From positions 71,110 to 135,109 of the forward strand of contig CAZBBX010000002.1 of assembly GCA_964490325.1 (NCBI GenBank): 64,000 nucleotides of DNA, given 5' to 3'. Positions within the stretch are counted from its first letter, which is position 1. Each line of letters opens with the position of its first letter. The notes below the pieces were generated by a model. That model saw only the letters and a list, made by a program, of their open reading frames with translations. It was not told the origin of the DNA and did no database searches. Below are positions 1 through 9,700 of this stretch, in pieces. The translations under genes were made by a program, and so were the position numbers. This stretch comes from an uncultured Oscillospiraceae bacterium (GTDB taxonomy: Bacteria > Bacillota > Clostridia > Christensenellales > CAG-138).

Positions 1-238
1 TGCCGCAGCACAAGAGCAAAACGTTACGCTGGTGGGACTGAGCGCGCTGATGACCACGACCGTGCCTGCAATGGAAAAAACTGTAAAACTTATCAAACAT
101 GAGCTGCCTGCCTGCCGAGTGATGGTGGGAGGCGCTGTTCTCACAGAAGAGCTCGCCTTGAGCTTGGGCGCGGATCGATACATTGCCGACGCTCGCGCCG
201 CCGTTTTGTATGCGCAGGAGCTGTTTTTGCTTGTATAG
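1..238 (+). CDS. Cobalamin (B12)-binding domain protein, C-terminal fragment; the gene begins upstream of the window
   Basis: The frame is open from nt 2. The translation ...VTLVGLSALMTTTVPAMEKTVKLIK...CRVMVGGAVLT...GADRYIADA matches the end of the Rossmann-like B12-binding module of MetH/corrinoid proteins. Stop at 236-238. Confidence 0.6.
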   Translation, partial: AAAQEQNVTLVGLSALMTTTVPAMEKTVKLIKHELPACRVMVGGAVLTEELALSLGADRYIADARAAVLYAQELFLLV

Positions 239-317
239 ACCTTTCCAATTGTTCGTTTTAGAAGATCATTTGTGCAATTAGTGCAGCGGTAATTCTGTTA
301 ACTATACATATAAAGTC

Positions 318-346
318 TTGACAGCAATATATGTTTCATGTATATT
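318..346 (+). promoter_or_regulatory. Sigma-A type promoter for the PT-repeat surface protein gene
   Basis: TTGACA (318-323), 17-nt spacer, TATATT (341-346), in an AT-rich gap about 100 nt upstream of ATG 454. Confidence 0.55.
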
Positions 347-418
347 ATAAGAAATAAATAGTTCTTTTCTGCAATTCTGTCTTTACTTTTTGATTTTTGG
401 GGAATTCTATCAGTACAA

Positions 419-437
419 TGCGCAAACAAGTTGCGCA
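419..437 (+). promoter_or_regulatory. Perfect inverted repeat in the 5' leader next to the RBS (operator or leader hairpin)
   Basis: TGCGCAA-acaag-TTGCGCA with 7-nt arms. It ends a few nt before the AAAGGAG RBS of the 454 start. Confidence 0.3.
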
Positions 438-453
438 AGGAAAGGAGTATATC

Positions 454-1389
454 ATGAAGAAGGCACGGATCACTGCTTGGATAGTAAGCTTGTGTTTGTT
501 GTTCACTTCGGGCATCGGCCTCATCGCCGCTTCCTATGCCGCTCCGAACGTAAACAGGCTTAGCATTGGCATTGTTGACCCGAGCAGCAGCGACGAGCTT
601 ACCATCGATCTTAACAACGAAGAGCAGCACCCGGCTAAACCCCCGCATTCATCACAACAGCCGACCGAGACACCCAGGCCTACGCGCACGCCGAAACCGA
701 CGCACACGCCAAGGCCAACCGAGACGCCCAGACCGACCCACACACCACGGCCGACCCACACACCACGGCCGACCTGCACGCCGGAGCCCACTGCTACGGC
801 GACGCCTACACCAACGCCGACGCCAACCCCGACGCCAACGCCGACGCCAACACCGACGCCAACTCCAACGCCGACGCCAACCCCGACGCCGACGCCGACG
901 CCAACCCCGACGCCTACACCGACGCCGACGCCAACGCCGACGCCGACGCCAACCCCGACGCCTACGCCAACGCCGACACCGACGCCAACGCCAAAGCCGA
1001 CCGGTACGCCTAAGCCCACAGGGTTCGTAACGCCCACCCCCAAGCCCACGGCTGAGCCGACTGCAACACCGACGCCCGAGCCCACGGCTACACCGACACC
1101 AGAACCTACGGCAACGCCAACGCCCGAACCCACGGCCGCGCCGACGGCAGAGCCGACAGCGGAACCCACTGTGGAACCTACTGCCGCAGTTACCGCAGGC
1201 GCAACTGAAGTGCCCACTGCGGAGCCTTCCGCTGAACCGACAGCCGCCCCCACGACCGATCCGATCCCCGCTACGGGCAGCAGCAGCCTCATCGGCTTGC
1301 TGTGGATCGTCTGCATCGGCTCCGCGCTTGCGATCCTGCTGCTTGCTGTCAGCGAGCTGCATCGCAAAAAGGGGCCTAGCGCTCCGTAA
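454..1389 (+). CDS. Sortase-anchored Pro/Thr-rich (mucin-like) surface protein with an IPATG sorting signal
   Basis: ATG 454 follows the RBS AAAGGAG; the track ORF starts earlier at 397. N-terminal signal/TM segment [26 protein letters not shown]. Basic xTPRPT repeats, an uninterrupted (TP)32 run, and acidic EPTATPTP repeats. The C-terminus is IPATG (1264-1278), then a hydrophobic stretch, then HRKKG, which is the classic cell-wall sorting signal layout. A class B sortase gene lies immediately downstream. Confidence 0.75.
   Translation: MKKARITAWIVSLCLLFTSGIGLIAASYAAPNVNRLSIGIVDPSSSDELTIDLNNEEQHPAKPPHSSQQPTETPRPTRTPKPTHTPRPTETPRPTHTPRPTHTPRPTCTPEPTATATPTPTPTPTPTPTPTPTPTPTPTPTPTPTPTPTPTPTPTPTPTPTPTPTPTPTPTPTPTPTPTPKPTGTPKPTGFVTPTPKPTAEPTATPTPEPTATPTPEPTATPTPEPTAAPTAEPTAEPTVEPTAAVTAGATEVPTAEPSAEPTAAPTTDPIPATGSSSLIGLLWIVCIGSALAILLLAVSELHRKKGPSAP
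802..993 (+). repeat. Uninterrupted (Thr-Pro)32 coding microsatellite with a 6-nt period (ACN CCN)
   Basis: Counted codon by codon: 64 alternating ACN/CCN codons from 802 to 993 with synonymous wobble variation. More degenerate PT-rich repeats flank it across 660-1260. Confidence 0.9.
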
Positions 1390-1407
1390 AACATAGGACG
1401 TTTCGAC

Positions 1408-1437
1408 AGCGGCGGGGGTACGCTCCCGCCGCTTTTT
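1408..1437 (+). terminator. Rho-independent terminator between the surface-protein gene and the sortase gene
   Basis: AGCGGCGGG (1408-1416), 8-nt loop, CCCGCCGCT (1425-1433), followed by a T-run to 1437. It ends 9 nt before the sortase ATG. Confidence 0.65.
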
Positions 1438-1445
1438 GGTAAAGT

Positions 1446-2306
1446 ATGCGTAAGGGAAAGAAAATTGCATTGTATATCTGCACAGCCGTGCTCTTTGTGA
1501 GCTTGGGCTGTTTGGGAATGCACTACCTATCGCAGTACTTGGATGAGCTGGACTATGAAAAGTTGGCAGCTGACACGCATGTGATCAGTGTTACGATCGT
1601 TCCAAGCAGCACAGCGACACCCTGCGCTCCGTCGCCGATCCCCGACAAAAGCGCGGCCACCTCTTCAGTCCTAACCACGGAGGTCTGTACGCCCTCCGCC
1701 GCGCCAAGCCCCACCCCCGCCGTTGTGTTGGAGCGATATGCGGCGGCCTATGCCGAAAACTCGGATCTGGTCGCTTGGCTTTCGATCGATGATACGACCA
1801 TTGATTATCCCGTTGTACGCATCGAAGGCGACAACGATTTCTATTTACATCATAATTTTTACAAAAACCAAAGCGGCTTAGGTACGCCCTTTGTGGACTA
1901 TCGCTGCATGCTTTGGCCGCGCAGCACCAACCTGATCATCTATGGCCATCACATTCGCGGCGGTAAGATGTTCTCGGCGCTGCTGAAATATGAAAACGAT
2001 CCCGCCTACTGCGCCGCGCACAGTATCATCCATTTCAACACGATCTATGAGGAGCAGGACTATCAGGTCATGGCCGTGTTTCGCAGTCAGATCTATCGCT
2101 CGGACGAGGATGTGTTTAAGTTTTACAATTTCATTGAAGCAAAGAATGCCGCAGCTTTTGACAGCTTTGAGGAAAATATCCTTGCGCTCTCGCAGTATGA
2201 TACGGGTGTAAGCGCTAGCTTTGGCGACAGCTTTATAACCCTTGTTACCTGCGCCTACCATGTGACGAACGGCCGCTTTGTGATCGTTGCCAAGCGGATC
2301 GACTGA
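1446..2306 (+). CDS. srtB: Class B sortase
   Basis: N-terminal TM anchor. Collinear by eye with S. aureus SrtB: [29 protein letters not shown], and the catalytic Cys in ITLVTCAY followed by RFVIVAKRI. Confidence 0.85.
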   Translation: MRKGKKIALYICTAVLFVSLGCLGMHYLSQYLDELDYEKLAADTHVISVTIVPSSTATPCAPSPIPDKSAATSSVLTTEVCTPSAAPSPTPAVVLERYAAAYAENSDLVAWLSIDDTTIDYPVVRIEGDNDFYLHHNFYKNQSGLGTPFVDYRCMLWPRSTNLIIYGHHIRGGKMFSALLKYENDPAYCAAHSIIHFNTIYEEQDYQVMAVFRSQIYRSDEDVFKFYNFIEAKNAAAFDSFEENILALSQYDTGVSASFGDSFITLVTCAYHVTNGRFVIVAKRID

Positions 2307-2340
2307 TCCCTATCCCTTCGCGGCGCAGGAATGCCCTGCG

Positions 2341-2928
2341 TCATGCGCCCAGCTTGTGCAATCCCTCCTGTACCAGATCGACCGCCAGCTGCGCCAGCTC
2401 CTCCAAGCTGACAGAGCGATCCTCGCTTGACAGCCAGCTTTCATACAAGGCGATCACGCCCGACGAGATAAACTCGATGGCATAGGGTGCAAGCTTGTCA
2501 TTGGCAATGGGGCGGTCGCCCAAGGAAATGCGGATCGCACGCTTGAGCGCCTCCTTGATCTTCTTTAAGATGATGGTGCATGAACCGCTCTTGAGCAGGC
2601 TGCGGCAGGCGTCCATGTCATCCTCGATGATGTTGTTGATGCAAAGGAACAAGTAGTAGGGGGAAAGCGGATCGTTCCACAGGCCGAACTGGGTGAAAAG
2701 CTCCGCCATGCCATCGGACAGCTCCTCCTCCATTTCGGAGAGCACCGCTTCGATGCTGCTGTAATGCATGTAGAAGGTCTTGCGGTTGATGTCTGCCTCT
2801 GCCGCCAACGCGGTGATGCTGATCTCGGAGATGGTATGCTCCGTCATGAGCTTGATCAGCGCGCTGCGTATGGCACGCTTGGTCTTCTGCTGCCTTCTGT
2901 CCGTCTTGGCGGTTCTCGTTCCTGTCAT
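2341..2928 (-). CDS. TetR/AcrR family transcriptional regulator
   Basis: N-terminal HTH KTKRAIRSALIKLMTEHTISEISITALAAEADINRKTFYMHYSS. ATG 2928 is preceded by GGAAGGGAG; the track ORF extends to 2964. Confidence 0.85.
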   Translation of the reverse strand: MTGTRTAKTDRRQQKTKRAIRSALIKLMTEHTISEISITALAAEADINRKTFYMHYSSIEAVLSEMEEELSDGMAELFTQFGLWNDPLSPYYLFLCINNIIEDDMDACRSLLKSGSCTIILKKIKEALKRAIRISLGDRPIANDKLAPYAIEFISSGVIALYESWLSSEDRSVSLEELAQLAVDLVQEGLHKLGA

Positions 2929-2967
2929 CGTCAGTTCTCCCTTCCTCTGCTTTTGCAGCCGCAAAAC

Positions 2968-3774
2968 TCAGTTGGATCCCGTTGTATGCCGCAGGGTAAG
3001 CTGTATCAGCTCTGCGGGATCATGGATCCTTGGTACGGCAACTGTGTTACCCAAGCCGCAGCTGACCAGCATGGTCGTGTCGCCTTCCCGATAGCAACCC
3101 TTGGTGTATTTGGGGAACAGTCCCTGCTCGGGCGCATACAGGCCCCATCCAAACAGGCGGACCTGTCCGCCGTGCGCATGTCCGCAGAGCACCAGCTTGG
3201 CGCCGGCCGCAACATACTGCGGGAAGCATTCGGGTCGATGCGACAGCACCAGCGTAAAGCCTGTTGGATCCAGCAGGCTCCTTAGCTCATCCGTTGTGAA
3301 GCTTTCCTTAAGTCCCACAACGTTCAGTTCGCTGCCATGAAATGAGATCGAACAGCCCTCGTTTTGCAGTACACGAACGCCCAGTGTCCTAAGCTTTTGC
3401 AGTTTCTCTTCGCAGCTTGTAAGCGCCGTCTCGTGATTTCCCTCTGCAAACAGCACAGGCGCCAGCTTGACAGCCTGCTTGCAAAAGCCAAGGGCGTTCT
3501 TTTCCGCGCCCTCCTTGTGGCGATCAAACAGATCTCCCGTGATGACGATGAGCTGCGGCTTGCAGACCGCGATCGCCGCAAGCAGCTTTTCCTGCTCCCT
3601 GCCGAAGCAATGGTCGTGCAGATCCGAGACCTGTACGAGGCAGAAGCCTTCCAGAGCCTTGGGGATGTGCATACTTGTGTAGCTGTACTGCGAGAGCTTC
3701 ATTGGAAGGGGTACAAGCAGGCAGACGATCCACAGCAGCGCTGTGAGGGCCAGTGCAGCAAGGACATACAGCAT
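2968..3774 (-). CDS. Membrane-anchored metallophosphoesterase (YkuE/calcineurin-like)
   Basis: N-terminal TM segment. Motifs VSDLHD, ITGDLFD, GNHE and GHAHGGQ. The start shares nt 3774 with the stop of mpg. Confidence 0.85.
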   Translation of the reverse strand: MLYVLAALALTALLWIVCLLVPLPMKLSQYSYTSMHIPKALEGFCLVQVSDLHDHCFGREQEKLLAAIAVCKPQLIVITGDLFDRHKEGAEKNALGFCKQAVKLAPVLFAEGNHETALTSCEEKLQKLRTLGVRVLQNEGCSISFHGSELNVVGLKESFTTDELRSLLDPTGFTLVLSHRPECFPQYVAAGAKLVLCGHAHGGQVRLFGWGLYAPEQGLFPKYTKGCYREGDTTMLVSCGLGNTVAVPRIHDPAELIQLTLRHTTGSN

Positions 3775-4280
3775 CAGTGTTTATCCTCCTTAAAGCGCCA
3801 CAGTCTTTCCCTGTCCGCCTCATCGGCGTACGCGATCCCGACCCGCCGATCCAAGCTGAGTGAGCAGGTATACCCGACGCTTTCGATCCATACGGGGGCG
3901 TTGCTCCCGTAAAGGGGAAGGCCGTTTATGCTGCGGTCGATGCCGAGTTTGCGTGTCAGCTTGCCGGGACCGTCATAGCCCTCGCAGGCACGGATCAGCA
4001 CCCCCTGTGGTTGCTCCGCTTCTCCCGTTATCACGTTCATCAGGCTGTGCATGCCGTAGCACAGGTATACATAACTGATGCCGCCCTCATGGAACAGCAG
4101 CTCCGTACGCGCCGTTCTGCCGCGATGCGCATGGCAGGCCGTGTCCTCTACGCCGCGGTAGACCTCCGTCTCCGTGATGCGAAGGCGGCGGTCGCCGTGA
4201 ACCAACAGCTTTCCAACAAGCTGCGGCGCAACAAGCAATGCGTCCTGCAGGTAGAAGGCCTTGTCAAGCCGCGTGTTCAT
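3774..4280 (-). CDS. mpg: DNA-3-methyladenine glycosylase (AAG/Mpg family)
   Basis: FYLQDALLVAPQLVGKLL, ITETEVY, DTACHA, GGISYVYLCYGMH, NV...GVLIRA, GPGKL. ATG 4280 forms an ATGA overlap with the upstream stop. Confidence 0.85.
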   Translation of the reverse strand: MNTRLDKAFYLQDALLVAPQLVGKLLVHGDRRLRITETEVYRGVEDTACHAHRGRTARTELLFHEGGISYVYLCYGMHSLMNVITGEAEQPQGVLIRACEGYDGPGKLTRKLGIDRSINGLPLYGSNAPVWIESVGYTCSLSLDRRVGIAYADEADRERLWRFKEDKH

Positions 4281-5050
4281 TCCTCTTGACTGAGCCGCGC
4301 AAGGATGCGGTCGTACTCGTAATGCGGAATGAGGCAATTAGAGCAGTCCTTGACGCCGTTGTCCAGGATGCGGAAGTTGCCGCCGCAATTTTTACCCAGC
4401 AGATACAATGGGCAATAGCAAAACTGGCAGGAAAAGCGCTCGGGCGTATCCGTTTTGTGGCAAGGAAAATACGCGCAGCGGGGGTTTTGATAGAAGCGCC
4501 AACCCGCCGCCAAGGGTCGAGCGCCCTTTTTCCACTCCTCTGCCGTGATGGAATAGAAGAATTCGTCGAAAACGACCCCATCATAGCGTTCAAACGCCAT
4601 GCGCCGCACGCCGTCAAAGTGAAAGCCGCACTTTTCGATGACACGGCGGGAACGATCGTTTCCACGGAAATGGCCGACCGTCACGATGGGCAGCTGCAGC
4701 TCCTCGAATGCGTAGTTAAGCACGCAAAGCGCGGCCTCCGTCATCAGACCCCTGCCCCAGTAAGCGACGTTCATGACATAACCCAGCTCATGCGCGGCAA
4801 CATGTCCGTGCGAATGGTCGTGCAGTCCCAGCGCACCGATCACATGTCCGTCTTCCTTCAGCTCCATGGCAAGCGTATCGTTCTCTGCAATGGCTTTGCT
4901 GAGGTATTCCTGCGATTCCTCCACGGAGTCATGGGGCTTCCAGCCTGCCGCAGGACCAACGCTTGGATCCTTGGCATAGGCATAAAGATCCGCTGCGTCC
5001 TCCATGCGCCAGGGGCGCAGGATCATTCGTTCCGTTTCCAAGCGTTTCAT
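4277..5050 (-). CDS. GNAT (RimJ/RimL-type) N-acetyltransferase fused to a C-terminal cysteine-rich small domain
   Basis: MKRLETERMILRPW start and the Q/RxxGxG-like YWGRGLMTEA motif. The C-terminal ~70 aa carry 8 Cys (CAYFPCH...CQFCYCP...NCGG...DCSNC). The alternative ATG at 5062 is also possible. Confidence 0.8.
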   Translation of the reverse strand: MKRLETERMILRPWRMEDAADLYAYAKDPSVGPAAGWKPHDSVEESQEYLSKAIAENDTLAMELKEDGHVIGALGLHDHSHGHVAAHELGYVMNVAYWGRGLMTEAALCVLNYAFEELQLPIVTVGHFRGNDRSRRVIEKCGFHFDGVRRMAFERYDGVVFDEFFYSITAEEWKKGARPLAAGWRFYQNPRCAYFPCHKTDTPERFSCQFCYCPLYLLGKNCGGNFRILDNGVKDCSNCLIPHYEYDRILARLSQEE

Positions 5051-5352
5051 ATGTTCCTCCATTGATGATCCTTAAGCGATACGCAGCCGTTGACCACGGT
5101 CACGCCCTCTGTCTCCAACAGTTCCGCCTGCCGATCCTCTCCGCCAAAGGCAAAGGCCTTGGAGGTATGACCAAAGCGATCCACCACGCGATAGCAGGGT
5201 ATGCCCTTGGGATCGGGATTGACATGCAGCGCATAGCCGACCACCCGCGACCAGCGTGGGTTGCCTGCAAGTCTTGCGATCTGTCCGTAGGTCGCCACCC
5301 TTCCATAGGGGATTTGGCGCACGACCTCGTAGATGCGCTCGAAGCTGTTCAT
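5047..5352 (-). CDS. MGMT/Ogt-family DNA-binding domain protein (single domain) with a PCYRVV site
   Basis: IPYGRVATYGQIARLAGNPRWSRVVGYAL...IPCYRVV is the winged-helix/active-site region of O6-alkylguanine transferases. ATG 5352 forms an ATGA overlap with the rlmD stop. Confidence 0.8.
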   Translation of the reverse strand: MNSFERIYEVVRQIPYGRVATYGQIARLAGNPRWSRVVGYALHVNPDPKGIPCYRVVDRFGHTSKAFAFGGEDRQAELLETEGVTVVNGCVSLKDHQWRNI

Positions 5353-6713
5353 TCCGCCGTCTCCCGTAAAAGCAGCGTTGCGCACTCCACATGCGGCGTG
5401 TGCGGGAACATATCCACAGGCTGCACCGCCGCAAGGCGGAAGCCCGCATACCGAAGCTTGGCAAGATCCCGCGCCAGTGTTGCGGGATTGCAGGAAACAT
5501 AGACAACGCGCTTGACGCCGCTGTCCGCAATGGCCTGCAGCGCCTCGCCTTCGCAGCCCTTGCGCGGCGGATCCAGCAGCATCGCGTCAAAGCTGTTTCC
5601 CTCCGCCACGAGCTTCGGCAGCACCGTCTCCGCATCGCCGCAGAGGAAGTCTACGTTTGTAAGACCGTTGAGCGCGGCATTCTCCTTTGCATCGGCAATG
5701 GCCTGCGGCACGTTCTCGATCCCTGTGAGCTTTGCGCCGCTGCGCGCCGCCGCAAGGGTCAGCGTGCCGATGCCGCAGTACAGATCGACGATGCGCTCCC
5801 CCTTCTTGGGTGCAAGCAGCTCAAGCGCCTTCTCGTATAACAGCTCCGTCTGAACGGGGTTGACCTGCAAAAAGGACTGCGGACTGACGCGAAACTTGAG
5901 ACCGTTGATGGTCTCCGTCAAGGTCGCCACACCCGACAGCAACGTGAAGCGTTCGCCAAAGATCACATTGGTATCCTTGTCGTTGCAGTTATGGTACAGG
6001 CTGTCCGTGTCGTGCATCAGCTCGATCAGCTCCGCCTTGTGCGGCAAGGGCCCCGTGGTAACGACCGTCACCATCGACGCTCCGTCGCGTGTGACCCGCG
6101 CCACGACATGCCGCAGGACGCCCCGCTTGTTCTCCTCGTCATAGGGCATGACATGATAGCTTTGCGCCCACTCGGCCACACGTCCAACAAGCTCGGTGAT
6201 ACGGGCGTCCTGTATGGGGCAATCGTCCAACGGAACGAGCCTGTGACTGCGCGGTGCAAAAAAGCCCCACCGCGCCGTACCCTTGTACAGTCCAAAGGGA
6301 AAGCTGCCCTTGTTGCGATACCGCAGCGGCTCACGCATACCAAGGATGGGCTCGACCTGGACATCCGTAAAGCCGCCGATCCGCTCCAGCGCGTCCCGAA
6401 CCATCGTCTCCTTGACGGTCTTCTGCGCGGCATAGCTGAGGTGCATCATCGTGCAGCCGCCGCAAAAAGGATAGGCGGCGCAGGGTGGCTGTACGCGCTG
6501 CGGGCTCTGCGTCAATAGCTCCACAAGCTTGCCAACGGCATAGCTTGCCGTGATCTTGATGATATGCACGCGCACGCGCTCACCGACCAATGCGCCGGGA
6601 ACAAACACGGCATAGCCATCGATGCGGCCTATGCCCTGCCCCTCCCCTGTCAATGCGTCTATGGTCAGCTCTATTTCGTCGTTCTTTGCGATCGGTATCT
6701 TTCGTTCGATCAT
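5349..6713 (-). CDS. rlmD: 23S rRNA (uracil-5-)-methyltransferase, RumA/RlmD family
   Basis: N-terminal TRAM domain, Fe-S Cys cluster CAAYPFCGGC, SAM-binding DLYCGIGT, and the C-terminal catalytic VYVSCNP motif. Confidence 0.9.
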   Translation of the reverse strand: MIERKIPIAKNDEIELTIDALTGEGQGIGRIDGYAVFVPGALVGERVRVHIIKITASYAVGKLVELLTQSPQRVQPPCAAYPFCGGCTMMHLSYAAQKTVKETMVRDALERIGGFTDVQVEPILGMREPLRYRNKGSFPFGLYKGTARWGFFAPRSHRLVPLDDCPIQDARITELVGRVAEWAQSYHVMPYDEENKRGVLRHVVARVTRDGASMVTVVTTGPLPHKAELIELMHDTDSLYHNCNDKDTNVIFGERFTLLSGVATLTETINGLKFRVSPQSFLQVNPVQTELLYEKALELLAPKKGERIVDLYCGIGTLTLAAARSGAKLTGIENVPQAIADAKENAALNGLTNVDFLCGDAETVLPKLVAEGNSFDAMLLDPPRKGCEGEALQAIADSGVKRVVYVSCNPATLARDLAKLRYAGFRLAAVQPVDMFPHTPHVECATLLLRETAE

Positions 6714-9700
6714 TTCAGTATCACATTTTCCTTTCCAAATTCCGCTTCCAATTTTGCAAGCAGCTCCGCGCTTGGCTCAACGCTCCAATTGGCGGGAGCC
6801 GCCTTGGCGATCTTTACTGCACTGTCATACAGCACCAAACGCGTGGAACCGCTGTGTCCTTTGATAAGGCGCAGGATAGTTGCCATCACTGCTTCGCTCT
6901 GCGTGGGCGTCCTCAGATACAGCTTTTGCGCCGCTGCCTGCAGCTCCGAGAGTTTATCGATGAGCAGCGAATTGCTGCGATCCTCGCGTATGTTTAGCTT
7001 TCCCGCCGCCAGAACGGCGCCGTCGTTGTGGAACAGGTGGGAATTTTCCTGCAGGGTACGCGGGAACAGCACGATCTCCACGCGCCCCGACACGCCCTCC
7101 AGCACGCCATAGCCGACCAGTCCGCTGCCGTTCTTGGACGGACGCTGCTTGCACTCGCCAAGCAGGCCTCCCACGCGCACATACGCACCGTCCTCGATGC
7201 CGTGCAGACCGTCCGCCTCCGCAAGGTCGCTGACCCGATAATCCAACTTGTCCAGCACCGCACCATAGGCGTCCAAGGGATGTCCGCTCAGATACAGCCC
7301 CGTCGCGTCATGCTCCTTTTGCAGCTTGTAGCGTTCGTCCAAGTCGGGCACGTTCGGCAAGGGAATACTGAGCTTGCTTGCAGGCACATTTTCAGTGCCC
7401 ATAAACGCGTCCAAGAGGGAAAGCTGTCCCGTCTCCTGCACGCGATGCAGCTTTGCCGCCTCGTCCACCGCCTGCTCAAACACCGCCAAGTACTTGGAGC
7501 GGCCGACGCCAAAGCTGTCAAAGCAGCCTGCGCAGATGAGGTTCTCCAGCATGCGCTTGTTCAGCCCCTTGCCGCGCTCCACAAAGTCGAAGAAGCTGCG
7601 AAACGCGCCGTTCTCGTCTCGCTCACGCACGATGTCCTGCATCGCCGCCTCGCCCACGTTTTTTATTGCAGCAAGGCCAAAGCGGATAGCTCCCGCCTCC
7701 ACGGAAAACTTGGGACGGCTGCGGTTCACATCGGGCGGCAGGATCCGTATACCCTGATGTCTTGCGGCATAGACGTACTTGGAAACGCTGTCCGTATCGC
7801 TCATGTAGCCGTTGATGGTCGCCGTAAGAAACTCAACGGGATAGTAGCGCTTCAGGTAGGCGGTCCGATACGCAACGACGGCATAGCCCGCCGCGTGGGA
7901 CTTGTTGAAGGCATAGCTGGCAAAGTCCATCATCTCGTCAAAGATGTGGTTGGCAACCGCTTCGGGGACGCCGCGCTTTACGGCTCCCTCCACACCCTCG
8001 GTGCCGTGTATGAAAAATTCGCGTTCCCGTGCCATGACGTCCTGCTTTTTCTTGCTCATGGCGCGGCGCACAAGGTCGCTGCGCCCCAACGAGTAACCCG
8101 CCAAACTGCGCACGATCTCCATGACCTGCTCCTGATAGACCATACAGCCGTAGGTCGGCTTTAGGATCGGCTCCAGCAGGGGATGCTCGTAATGGATGCT
8201 GGACGGTTCGTGCTTGCCCTTGACGTAGCGCGGGATCTGATCCATCGGGCCCGGCCGATACAAGGAGATGCCTGCGATCAGATCCTCAAAGCAGTCAGGT
8301 CTGAGGGAACGCAAGAAGGCGCGCATCCCACCCGATTCAAGCTGGAACACGCCATCCGTATCCGCGTTTGCGATCATTTCGTAAACGAGAGGATCGCTGT
8401 AATCGTTCTTGGAAAAATCGGGAAGCTCATTGCCCTGCTCCCGCGCAAAATCCAGTGCATCGCGGATGATGGTGAGTGTGCGCAGTCCTAAAAAGTCCAT
8501 CTTGAGCAGTCCAAGCTCCTCCAAGGTGGTCATGGGGAACTGTGTGGTCAGCGCACCATCGTTGCTCTGCAGCGGGACGACCGTGTCCAGCGGGACGCCG
8601 GAGATCACCACGCCTGCCGCATGGGTGGAGCTGTGCCGCGGCAGCCCTTCCAACTTCATGGACAGATCCAAGATCCGCTTGATCGTCTCGTCGGATCCAT
8701 ACAGCTCTTTGAGTTCGGGCGAAAGCTCCAAGGCGTCGTGCAGGGTCATCTTAAGCATGGAGGGAACGAGCTTTGCAAGCCTGTCCACATCCGCATAGGG
8801 AACGCGCAGCACGCGTCCCACATCGCGTATCACCGCTCTTGCCGCCATGGTGCCAAAGGTGATGATCTGCGCGACATGCCCATCGCCGTACTTGCGGCCA
8901 ACGTAATCGATGACCTCCTGCCTGCGCTCATAGCAAAAGTCCACGTCAAAATCGGGCATGGACACGCGCTCGGGGTTTAGAAAACGCTCAAAGATGAGGC
9001 TGTAGCGGAGCGGATCCACGTCCGTTATGTCCATGCAATAGGCCGCAAGGCTGCCTGCACCGCTGCCGCGTCCGGGGCCGACCATGATGTTTTGCGACTT
9101 GGCAAAATGGATGAAGTCCCACACGATAAGGTAGTAGTCCACAAAGCCCATTCGCTCGACCACGGACAATTCGTACTGCAGCCTGTCCCACGCCGCCTTG
9201 TCCGCATCCGGGAGCTTCTTTGCCATGCCCTGCCTGCACAGCTCATGCAGGAACTCTACGTTGTCCTTGCCGTCTGGCGCGGTATACTTGGGCAGTCGCC
9301 GTACGCCAAATTGGATGTCCACGCTGCATTTATCTGCAACTTCATTCGTGTTGTCCAATGCATCAAGATCGGTGGGCAAGGCCTGCTCCATCTCCTCGCG
9401 GGACTTGAGGAAGAACTCCTGCGCACCCATGCGCATACGGTCGTCCTCGTCCACATAGCGCTGCGTTTGGATGCATAAAAGAATGTCCTGCGCCTCGGCG
9501 TCCTCACGGGCAACATAATGGATGTCGTTCGTGCCGACCGTCTTGATGTTCAGATCCCGCGCCAGCTTGCGCAGCTTGGGCAGCACCTCTAACTGCTCGC
9601 GTATGCCGTGGTTTTGCAGCTCGATGTAAAAATCATCGCCAAAGACGCCCTTTAGGCGTTCCGCCAAGGCATAGGCGTCGGCGTCACGCTGCTGCAAAAA

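Noticed and set aside
802-993. Periodic repeat that might be taken for a CRISPR-like or other non-coding array.
   Set aside because: The period is 6 nt with no spacers, it lies fully inside an ORF, and it translates to (TP)32. It is a coding microsatellite, not a CRISPR array.
534-1523. Long ORFs in other frames and strands across the PT-repeat region: 534-1523 minus (GVGVGV...), 566-1030 plus (RRRRQ...), 652-1470 minus (RRWRRR...).
   Set aside because: They are low-complexity translations of the same ACN-CCN repeat in alternative frames. Only the 454-1389 frame has an RBS, a signal peptide and a sorting signal.
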